DNA of 64,000 nucleotides from Gammaproteobacteria bacterium (GTDB lineage Bacteria; Pseudomonadota; Gammaproteobacteria; JAADGQ01): NCBI GenBank assembly GCA_021648145.1, contig JAKITI010000002.1, positions 135,888 to 199,887 of the forward strand, read 5' to 3'. Shown piece by piece: positions 56,120 to 64,000 of this stretch (position 1 is its first letter; each line of letters starts with the position of its first letter). The notes under the pieces were generated by a model. It saw only the letters and a program-made list of their open reading frames with translations, ran no database searches and was not told where the DNA came from. The position numbers and the translations under genes were made by a program.

Positions 56120-56839
56120 ATGTTGGTGATTCGCTCTCTGTTTTTCTGGTCTGGTCTTGTTATTTCTTTGGTTTTCTTTCTTGTAGCTGGGCTGCTGGTT
56201 TTTCCTTTTTCACCTCAAACACGGTTTCGGGTGCTGTCTGGCTGGGCTCGCTTTTGCCTTTTCTGGATGAGGGTGACATGCAAGCTTGATTATGTTGTCG
56301 ATGGCAGGGAAAATATTCCAGATAAGGCAGGTATTGTTTTTTGCAAGCATCAATCAAACTGGGACTCTCTGGTATTGCAGGATATTTTTCCAATGCAAAC
56401 CTGGGTGCTAAAACGAATGCTGTTATGGATTCCATTTCTGGGTTGGGGGTTGGCAATGTTAAAGCCTGTTGCGATTGATCGTTCAGCCGGACGGCAGGCA
56501 TTAAATCAACTGGTCGAGCAGGGGGTTCAACGTTTGAAAGAGGGGCGCTGGATGATCATATTCCCCGAAGGAACACGTATTGCACCGGGAGAAAAAGGTA
56601 AATATCACATGGGTGGCTCTATGCTCGCTCAGAAAAGTGGCGCATCCGTTGTTCCTGTTGCACACAATGCCGGTGAGTTTTGGCCGCGCCGTGGCTTGAT
56701 ATTAAAGCCAGGAACGATTCAGGTCAGTGTTGGGCCCGTGATTGAATCAAAAAATCGCTCAGCCTCTGAAATTAACAAACTTGCCGAGACATGGATTGAA
56801 GATAAGGTAAAAGAGATAAGTACGGCTCGCTCGTCCTGA
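56120..56839 (+). CDS. plsC: 1-acyl-sn-glycerol-3-phosphate acyltransferase
   Basis: N-terminal TM; CKHQSNWDS (HX4D); FPEGTR. Confidence 0.85.
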   Translation: MLVIRSLFFWSGLVISLVFFLVAGLLVFPFSPQTRFRVLSGWARFCLFWMRVTCKLDYVVDGRENIPDKAGIVFCKHQSNWDSLVLQDIFPMQTWVLKRMLLWIPFLGWGLAMLKPVAIDRSAGRQALNQLVEQGVQRLKEGRWMIIFPEGTRIAPGEKGKYHMGGSMLAQKSGASVVPVAHNAGEFWPRRGLILKPGTIQVSVGPVIESKNRSASEINKLAETWIEDKVKEISTARSS

Positions 56840-56846
56840 CTTTTGG

Positions 56847-57815
56847 TTAACCTTTAAGTCTAGAACTCAATCTATTTAGTTGCTCATCTCCTTGCTCTTT
56901 TCCATTCAAAAAACTCTCAGCAATACCTTGAAGTGCATTTAGGTTTGTGGCATCTGCGTTATCGAGATCATCATATGCTTTATCTAAGATGACTTGAAAT
57001 CGAAAATAATTTCCGTCAGCTAAAAACTGATTGTTTATATAGTCAACAATTTCGACTGACGCATCAAAAAGAACGTCGATAATAGGTATTGCCCACTCTA
57101 AAGCTCCCCATTCTTCTGCTTCATCACGTGAAATCTTTCTTGTAGAGCGCCCAGTCCCGAATGAAGCAAGCAAAATATTATCTAGAGCGTTACCCAATTT
57201 TTTTGCCTCTGCAACCGCACAAGCTGAAGGATTATTAGCGACTACGCCTCCATCAATCAAAGGTGATATTGAACGACCAAGTTTCATTTCATGAGCAGGG
57301 AAATATGTAGGAGCAGAGCATGATGCTTTACAAATTTGCCATACCTCATAATTTTCATGCTCTTTTTTTGTTGATTTAAAAACAATAGGCCTTCTATTAA
57401 GTACATCATATGAAACGACCATTACAGGGATCTTTAAATCTTTCAGTTTTAGTGCTCTCCCAGACTTTGTGAAAATTTTTTTGATCTCTTTTTCCAATCC
57501 ATTAGCGTCATACTTTGGGGCACTGAAACCTTGGGAAAATGTTCTTGTAAACCTCCCCCATAAGCGTTTTGTTTTACTTGGGAATATCAAAGGTCCACTA
57601 TCAATAAATAGGGAATTTATACGTTCAGCTTCAATCCCAGCTGCAACACCACAAGCTATCAAGCTACCTGTGGATGTGCCAGCAACCATATCAACATAAT
57701 TATGTAATAGTTTTCCTTCTAAACATTTATTTTCCATATAGCTTAGCCATATAGAAGGGATGACTCCTCTAATGCCGCCACCATCAAATGATAATATTTT
57801 ATATACATCGGTCAT
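56847..57815 (-). CDS. patatin-like phospholipase (PNPLA)
   Basis: FDGGGIRGV oxyanion hole, AGTSTGS GxSxG serine nucleophile, IDGGVVANNP catalytic Asp motif. AT-rich relative to neighbours. Confidence 0.85.
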   Translation of the reverse strand: MTDVYKILSFDGGGIRGVIPSIWLSYMENKCLEGKLLHNYVDMVAGTSTGSLIACGVAAGIEAERINSLFIDSGPLIFPSKTKRLWGRFTRTFSQGFSAPKYDANGLEKEIKKIFTKSGRALKLKDLKIPVMVVSYDVLNRRPIVFKSTKKEHENYEVWQICKASCSAPTYFPAHEMKLGRSISPLIDGGVVANNPSACAVAEAKKLGNALDNILLASFGTGRSTRKISRDEAEEWGALEWAIPIIDVLFDASVEIVDYINNQFLADGNYFRFQVILDKAYDDLDNADATNLNALQGIAESFLNGKEQGDEQLNRLSSRLKG

Positions 57816-58206
57816 GTTTTTTCCTTTGTAAATTTAGCAACTGGTTTTTAATCTTTGCGGGCTTATTTGCCTCCGTTTGCGGTACCATGAAATTGAAGAT
57901 TCAAAATTAATACAGCATAAGAAATACTACTGTAAGAACATGATGATACCTTATAATAAACTAAAATCACTGCCTGAAAGTGAGAAATATTTGAAGCCGG
58001 GGGGCGGCATTTGTAATGTTTGATCAAGTGGTCATGAAAATGGGTGGTAATCAGGATGCCAAAACTCTCTATGAAGTTTTTGAAGAGATCACGGGAATCA
58101 GCAAAAATGATTTAATAAGTTATGCTCTTATGACCTGAACTCAAAGCGCGAGCTTCTTATTTTTTAAATTTGTGAGGTTTTGGCATTCTTATTTTCAGGG
58201 TTTAGG

Positions 58207-59067
58207 TTAAATTGATGAACTGAGTTGTAAATTATTCCAAATCGCCATGCTTGGGCCGCTTTGATTCATGGAATAGAAGTGCAGTCCCGGAGCGCCACCC
58301 TCTAAAAGCTGTTGGCACAACTTCGTAGTGACATCCAGTCCAAATGCACGCAAAGACTCCATGTCATCACCATAATTTTCTAATGATTTTCGCAACCAGC
58401 GAGGAATTTCTGCACCACACATATCTGAAAAACGTGCCAGTTGTGTGATGTTCGTAATGGGCATGATGCCCGGCACGATCGGTATATCAATGCCTAATTT
58501 TTCACAGCTTTCAACAAAGTGAAAATAGGCATCCGTATTGTAAAAATACTGTGTGATAGCGGCATCTGCACCGGCATCTACTTTGCGTTTGAAGTTGATT
58601 AAATCTTCAGTCGCGCTCGAAGCTTGAGGGTGGAACTCTGGATAAGCGGCCACTTCAATAAAAAAATGATCGCCCGTTTCAGTGCGAATAAACTCGATCA
58701 ACTCATTGGCGTAACGAAATTCACCAGGCTCATGTACGCCTGAGGGCATATCTCCACGTAAAGCAACAAGATGACGAATGTCTTGTTCCATATAGCGATT
58801 TAATATTTCACGAATGCTTTCTTTGCTTGAACTGATGCAAGAGAGGTGTGGCGCAACATCAATGCCGGTATGTTGTTTGATGTCGGTAACGGTTTGAAAA
58901 GTGCGCTCTCGTGTTGAGCCGCCTGCGCCAAATGTGACCGAAAAAAAACAAGGTTCAATAGCGGCCAATGTGCTGCTGGTCGTCAGTAGCTTTTTGGCTC
59001 CTTCTTCTGTCTTGGTCGGGAAAAATTCAAAGCTGAAAGCGCGGGGGTACTGTTTTTGTGATTTCAT
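58207..59067 (-). CDS. metF: 5,10-methylenetetrahydrofolate reductase
   Basis: SFEFFPTKTEEG...SVTFGAGGST; SD AGGGAA. Confidence 0.93.
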   Translation of the reverse strand: MKSQKQYPRAFSFEFFPTKTEEGAKKLLTTSSTLAAIEPCFFSVTFGAGGSTRERTFQTVTDIKQHTGIDVAPHLSCISSSKESIREILNRYMEQDIRHLVALRGDMPSGVHEPGEFRYANELIEFIRTETGDHFFIEVAAYPEFHPQASSATEDLINFKRKVDAGADAAITQYFYNTDAYFHFVESCEKLGIDIPIVPGIMPITNITQLARFSDMCGAEIPRWLRKSLENYGDDMESLRAFGLDVTTKLCQQLLEGGAPGLHFYSMNQSGPSMAIWNNLQLSSSI

Positions 59068-59088
59068 AGGTCGATTCCCTATAGTGCT

Positions 59089-59119
59089 TCTCTGCCATGT
59101 TTTAAAAACATGGCAGAGA
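59089..59119. promoter_or_regulatory. near-perfect 15-bp-arm palindrome between the ahcY stop and the metF RBS
   Basis: TCTCTGCCATGTTTT a AAAACATGGCAGAGA, 22 nt upstream of the metF ATG. No U-tract on the transcribed strand, so not a canonical intrinsic terminator. Confidence 0.4.
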
Positions 59120-59224
59120 GTTATTTATATATAAATTCAGTATAACTATTCAGATTGCCCCTAAAATTCGTCATTTTAAGACAAAAATAGCGGATTTCAG
59201 GGGGTGAGCTGAATAAGTTATATA

Positions 59225-60532
59225 TCAGTAACGATAGTGGGTTGGTTTATAAGGGCCTTCAACTGGAATACCCAAATAATCAGATTGCTCTTTGGTCATC
59301 GTGGTGATGTTTGCACCCACTTTATCTAGGTGCAATCGTGCTACTTTTTCATCAAGCTCTTTAGGCAGAACATACAGCTCATTTTTGTAATTTGCTGAAT
59401 TTTCCCACAATTCAATCTGAGCCATTACTTGATTGGTAAATGAAGCTGACATAACAAAGCTTGGATGGCCAGTCGCGCAGCCCAGATTAACCAAGCGGCC
59501 TTCCGCAAGTATGATGATGCGCTTGCCGTCAGGAAAGATCACGTGATCCACTTGAGGCTTGATGTTTTCCCACTCATATTGGCGCAGTGAAGAAATCTCA
59601 ATTTCAGAGTCAAAATGGCCAATGTTACAAACGATGCTTTCATCTTTCATCGCTTTCATGTGGTCATGGTTGATGACGTTGACGTTGCCGGTGGTGGTGA
59701 CAAAAATATTCCCTTGGCTGGCGACTTCATTCATGTCAACAACGCGATAGCCTTCCATTGCAGCTTGCAGTGCACAGATTGGGTCGATTTCAGTGACCCA
59801 TACAGTTGCACCCATGCCACGGAATGCTTGCGCGCAGCCTTTACCAACATCGCCGTAACCCAGTACGACACAGATTTTTCCAGCGATCATCACGTCAGTC
59901 GCACGCTTGATGCCATCAAGCAGTGACTCACGACAGCCATATAAATTGTCGAATTTTGATTTTGTTACAGAGTCGTTGACGTTAATAGCAGGGACTTTCA
60001 GAGTGCCTGCTTTCATCATTTCAGCAAGGCGATGTACTCCTGTTGTAGTCTCTTCAGAAAGGCCTTTTACGTCATTGAGCAACTCAGGAAATTTGTCATG
60101 CATCATGATGGTCAAATCGCCGCCATCATCCAGAATCAGATTTGGACGCCAGCCGTCTGTGCCAATGATGGTTTGTTCGATGCACCATTCGGCTTCTTCT
60201 TCTGTTTCACCTTTCCAGGCAAAAATAGGAATGCCGACAGCGGCCATCGCAGCGGCGGCTTGATCTTGTGTGGAAAAAATATTGCAAGATGACCAGCGAA
60301 TTTCTGCGCCAAGGTCAATCAGGGTTTCCATCAACACAGCCGTTTGAATGGTCATGTGCAGACAGCCCGCAATGCGAGCACCTTTTAAGGGGTTTTTGCC
60401 TTTGTATTCTTTGCGCAGAGCCATGAGGCCGGGCATTTCTGTTTCGGCGATGCTGACCTCTTTGCGTCCCCATTCGGCCAGTGAAATATCTGCTATTTTA
60501 TAGTCAGTGAAGCCATTTTCTACAGCGTTCAT
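59225..60532 (-). CDS. ahcY: adenosylhomocysteinase
   Basis: NAD-binding [15 protein letters not shown] start with SD AGAGGA. The ORF-track start is TTG one codon upstream. Confidence 0.95.
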   Translation of the reverse strand: MNAVENGFTDYKIADISLAEWGRKEVSIAETEMPGLMALRKEYKGKNPLKGARIAGCLHMTIQTAVLMETLIDLGAEIRWSSCNIFSTQDQAAAAMAAVGIPIFAWKGETEEEAEWCIEQTIIGTDGWRPNLILDDGGDLTIMMHDKFPELLNDVKGLSEETTTGVHRLAEMMKAGTLKVPAINVNDSVTKSKFDNLYGCRESLLDGIKRATDVMIAGKICVVLGYGDVGKGCAQAFRGMGATVWVTEIDPICALQAAMEGYRVVDMNEVASQGNIFVTTTGNVNVINHDHMKAMKDESIVCNIGHFDSEIEISSLRQYEWENIKPQVDHVIFPDGKRIIILAEGRLVNLGCATGHPSFVMSASFTNQVMAQIELWENSANYKNELYVLPKELDEKVARLHLDKVGANITTMTKEQSDYLGIPVEGPYKPTHYRY

Positions 60533-60554
60533 CAATCAGTCCTCTAAAATTAAT

Positions 60555-60640
60555 AAAAAACTGAGCGCCGTTTTGAAAACCGGTTTTCGAGCCTGGCAGG
60601 GTCTTCCTGTCGCAGCGCTCCTCGAAAATCGGGGGTTTGA
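60555..60640 (-). ncRNA. SAH (S-adenosylhomocysteine) riboswitch in the ahcY 5' leader
   Basis: Minus-strand RNA ...CGAGGAGCGCUGCGACAGGAAGACCCUGCCAGGCUCGAAAACCGGUUUUCAAAACGGCGCUCAG... matches the conserved SAH-element blocks (AGGAGCGCUGC / CAGGCUCG / AACGGCGCUCA, with GAGCGC-GCGCUC pseudoknot pairing). It sits directly upstream of ahcY, as expected for this class. Confidence 0.6.
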
Positions 60641-60673
60641 AATTTATATGATTTCTGTCATTTAATCCAGTGG

Positions 60674-61834
60674 TTAAATTCCAGCAGCATCACGCAGTGC
60701 ATCTGCTTTATCGGTACGTTCCCAGGTAAATTCAGTTTCGCTGCGACCAAAATGACCGTATGCCGCTGTTTTGGCATAAATGGGGCGCAACAAATCAAGC
60801 ATGGTAACCAGTCCTTTAGCACGCAGATCAAATTGATCACGAACCAACTGGGTGATGCGTTCATCACTGATCTTTCCAGTACCAAAGGTTTCAACGCTGA
60901 TTGAAGTGGGTTCTGATACACCGATTGCATAGGAGATCTGGATTTCACAACGCTCAGCCAAACCCGCAGCCACAATATTTTTGGCCACATAACGGCCGGC
61001 ATACGCAGCAGAACGATCGACTTTGGAGGGGTCTTTGCCAGAAAATGCACCGCCGCCATGACGAGCCATGCCGCCATAAGTATCAACAATGATTTTACGT
61101 CCTGTTAAACCACAATCGCCGACAGGCCCACCAATCACAAAGCGACCGGTTGGATTAATGTGAAACTGGGTTTTATCACTCAGCCAATCTGCAGGCAGAA
61201 CAGGCTTGATAATTTCATCCATCACCGCTTCACGAATGGTGTCGTTTGAAACTTCAGGGTTGTGCTGAGTTGAGAGTACAACGGCATCAATACCGACAGG
61301 TTTATTGTTTTCATAACGGAATGTCACTTGGCTTTTTGCATCGGGACGCAACCAGGGCAACATGCCATTTTTGCGAACTTCTGCCTGACGTTTGACCAAA
61401 CGGTGAGCGTAGGTGATGGGTGCGGGCATTAAAACATCCGTTTCATTGCTGGCGTAGCCAAACATGAGGCCTTGATCGCCTGCGCCTTGATCATGATCGC
61501 TTGATTCATCAACGCCCTGTGCGATATCAGCCGATTGTTTGTCAATAGAGGTCAGTACTGCGCAAGACTCCCAGTCAAAACCCATCTCGGAGCTGTTATA
61601 GCCAATTTGTTTGATTGTATTGCGCGCGACTTCCTGCATGTCAACCCATGCAGAGGTAGTGATCTCACCCGCAAGTACAACCATGCCGGTATTGACCAGT
61701 GTTTCACACGCAACGCGAGCTTTAGGGTCTTGTGCAAGAATTGCATCAAGAATTGCGTCGGAGATTTGATCTGCGACTTTGTCTGGATGTCCCTCCGAGA
61801 CAGATTCAGACGTAAAAAGGTGATTACCTGCCAT
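60674..61834 (-). CDS. metK: S-adenosylmethionine synthase
   Basis: [28 protein letters not shown]. Confidence 0.97.
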   Translation of the reverse strand: MAGNHLFTSESVSEGHPDKVADQISDAILDAILAQDPKARVACETLVNTGMVVLAGEITTSAWVDMQEVARNTIKQIGYNSSEMGFDWESCAVLTSIDKQSADIAQGVDESSDHDQGAGDQGLMFGYASNETDVLMPAPITYAHRLVKRQAEVRKNGMLPWLRPDAKSQVTFRYENNKPVGIDAVVLSTQHNPEVSNDTIREAVMDEIIKPVLPADWLSDKTQFHINPTGRFVIGGPVGDCGLTGRKIIVDTYGGMARHGGGAFSGKDPSKVDRSAAYAGRYVAKNIVAAGLAERCEIQISYAIGVSEPTSISVETFGTGKISDERITQLVRDQFDLRAKGLVTMLDLLRPIYAKTAAYGHFGRSETEFTWERTDKADALRDAAGI

Positions 61835-62061
61835 ATATTTCCTCTCAATTTGATTAATTTAATAGTTGGCGAGATGCTATTGATTGTGTGATAACATCAG
61901 GCAATAGCATTAACAGATTTCGAGTACATTTGGTATCTGTTTGGTTTGCAGCATAAAAATGCTGTACTAGTTTACCTTTAACCGTACCTCGTTCACAATA
62001 CGCCATATCGTAATTTTTCATCAAATCTTTAATTAAATATAGATAATGTGAGGTTGTTAAC

Positions 62062-62616
62062 ATGGTTAGTTTGGAAACACCGGTTTGTGATTTTAATTTA
62101 CCTGCGGTTGATTTTTCACTGCCAGACCCCGACGGCAAGCTCTGGAGCCTAGCCTCATTGCAGGGTGAAAAAGGCTTGCTTGTGATGTTTATCTGCAATC
62201 ATTGCCCTTATGTAAAAGCGATTCAGGCGCGTCTGGTGCGGGATGCAAAAGAACTTTTGGGTTATGATGTGAATTGTGTGGCCATTATGTCTAATGACGC
62301 ATCTATGTATAAAGAAGACTCACCTGAAAATATGAAAAAAGTGGCAGAGCAATTTGCTTTTCCTTTCCCTTATTTAATTGATGAAACACAATCAGTGGCA
62401 AAAGCTTACGGAGCAATCTGTACACCTGATTTTTTTGGTTACAATGCAGACCTTAAATTGCAGTATCGCGGACGTTTGGATGCGAGCCGAAAAGAGACGG
62501 CCGAAGGTGAGGTTCGTCGGGATTTATTTGAGGCGATGAAACAAGTTGCACAGACAGGCCATGGCCCAAAAGAGCAAATTCCAAGCATGGGCTGCTCTAT
62601 TAAATGGCTTGAATAA
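62062..62616 (+). CDS. thioredoxin-fold redoxin (AhpC/TSA-TlpA-like, CxxC)
   Basis: LVMFICNHCPYVKA (CxxC in a thioredoxin-fold context). Confidence 0.6.
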   Translation: MVSLETPVCDFNLPAVDFSLPDPDGKLWSLASLQGEKGLLVMFICNHCPYVKAIQARLVRDAKELLGYDVNCVAIMSNDASMYKEDSPENMKKVAEQFAFPFPYLIDETQSVAKAYGAICTPDFFGYNADLKLQYRGRLDASRKETAEGEVRRDLFEAMKQVAQTGHGPKEQIPSMGCSIKWLE

Positions 62617-62883
62617 AATTAGTGTTATTTGATATTCGTAAGTTATTTCAATAGTTTGTTGTTGTTTTATTGACTGTCAATGCTTGGAAGGCTTGCTGAA
62701 AAGGGCTAAATAGGCCAGAATGTCACGTTTTTCGACGACCTGTCGATGCGTTTATCATACTAAAATTGAAGCGCTGCTAAGTATTAAAGTGGTTGCCTTT
62801 AGTCAGGTGACTGCAGTGAGTTTTATATATTCATCATTTGAAAATCTTTTGTTTTTGTAAAAAATTAGGATAAGGAGAAATAA

Positions 62884-64000
62884 ATGTCTTCTCGTAAGAA
62901 TCTGGCAAATGCTGTTCGTGCACTGAGTATGGATGCTGTGCAAAAAGCTAATTCAGGTCACCCAGGTGCGCCGATGGGTATGGCTGATATTGCTGAAGTT
63001 CTGTGGAATAGCCACATGAAATACAACCCAACCAACGCAAAGTGGGCTGACCGCGACCGTTTTGTGCTTTCAAATGGCCACGGCTCCATGCTGATTTACT
63101 CGCTATTGCATTTGACTGGTTTTGATCTGAGCATTGAAGACATTAAGAGCTTCCGTCAGTTACACGCAAAGACCGCAGGTCATCCTGAATACGGTTATGC
63201 CGATGGCATTGAAACAACCACTGGTCCTTTAGGTCAAGGCATCACTAATGCAGTAGGCATGGCGATTGCTGAACGTACTTTAGCTGCACAATTCAACAAG
63301 CCAGGTCACGAAATCGTTGATCACAATACTTATGTATTCATGGGCGACGGTTGTTTGATGGAGGGCCTGTCTCACGAGTCGTGTGCCATGGCCGGTACCT
63401 TGGGTCTAGGTAAGTTGATCGCATTCTGGGATGATAATGATATCTCTATTGACGGTCACATCGGTGAGTGGATGGAGAAGGGCGTACCGGGTCGTTTCAA
63501 GTCCTACGATTGGCACGTCATTCCTAATGTTGATGGACATGACCCTGAAGCAATCAATGCGGCGATTACAGAAGCCAAGTCTGTTTCTGATAAACCAACT
63601 TTGATCTGTACCCGTACTACCATCGGTTTTGGTTCGCCAAATTTATCTGGCAGCCACGCTTGTCATGGTGCACCACTGGGTGAAGAAGAAATCAACCTGA
63701 CCAAAGCGGCGCTGGGTTGGGATCACGGTGCATTTGAAGTGCCCGCCGATGTTTATGCCGGCTGGGATCACAAAGTGCAAGGTGCTACAGACGAAGCTTC
63801 TTGGAATGCTAAGTTTAAAGCTTATAAAGCAGCCTTTCCTGCCGAAGCGGCTGAGTTTGAACGTCGTATGGCGGGTGATCTGCCTGCTAATTTTGAAGTT
63901 GAAATGGATAAATTCATCGCCAAAACGCAAGCAGATATGCCAAATATCGCTTCTCGTAAAGCGTCTCAAAATGCGATCGAAGCGATGGGGCCATTGGTTC
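62884..64000 (+). CDS. tkt: transketolase, 3' end outside window
   Basis: [37 protein letters not shown] open at the window end. Confidence 0.93.
   Translation, partial: MSSRKNLANAVRALSMDAVQKANSGHPGAPMGMADIAEVLWNSHMKYNPTNAKWADRDRFVLSNGHGSMLIYSLLHLTGFDLSIEDIKSFRQLHAKTAGHPEYGYADGIETTTGPLGQGITNAVGMAIAERTLAAQFNKPGHEIVDHNTYVFMGDGCLMEGLSHESCAMAGTLGLGKLIAFWDDNDISIDGHIGEWMEKGVPGRFKSYDWHVIPNVDGHDPEAINAAITEAKSVSDKPTLICTRTTIGFGSPNLSGSHACHGAPLGEEEINLTKAALGWDHGAFEVPADVYAGWDHKVQGATDEASWNAKFKAYKAAFPAEAAEFERRMAGDLPANFEVEMDKFIAKTQADMPNIASRKASQNAIEAMGPLV

Overview
The window is a gammaproteobacterial chromosome segment of moderate GC. It carries several conserved housekeeping blocks: tRNA-Ser/miaA-hfq-hflX-hflK-hflC-hisZ-purA; pncC-recA-recX-alaS-lysC-csrA-tRNA-Ser; accA-tilS-pyrG-kdsA; glnA; glyQ-glyS-gmhB-plsC; metF-ahcY-metK; tkt. 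Between them are accessory insertions. The first 8.5 kb is the 3' part of a giant surface adhesin gene (5' end outside the window) with C-type lectin, cadherin, LamG, TSP3, HYR and Calx-beta modules. Its C-terminal GlyGly-CTERM-like sorting signal runs in frame, with no stop codon, into a signal peptide plus an 8-strand OmpA-like beta-barrel; this is the most unusual locus in the window. Immediately downstream is a VesB-like S1 protease with a similar C-terminal anchor. Other accessory items: a mobB-mobA fusion; a squalene/phytoene-synthase-like gene next to a GT4 glycosyltransferase and a YbiB(TrpD2)-like gene; an AT-rich BrnT toxin plus two truncated BrnA-like ORFs inserted between miaA and hfq; csrA extended by a 5 x 15-nt in-frame tandem repeat; about 700 bp of non-coding DNA with an orphan minus-oriented terminator after tRNA-Ser(GCT); a glycogen locus (malQ, GH57, glgC, glgB) with a large lipoprotein; an orphan MoxR ATPase; a PP-loop ATPase translationally coupled to TusA; an AT-rich patatin-like phospholipase inserted between plsC and metF; and an SAH riboswitch in the ahcY leader. 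I found no CRISPR array, rRNA, transposase or integrase.
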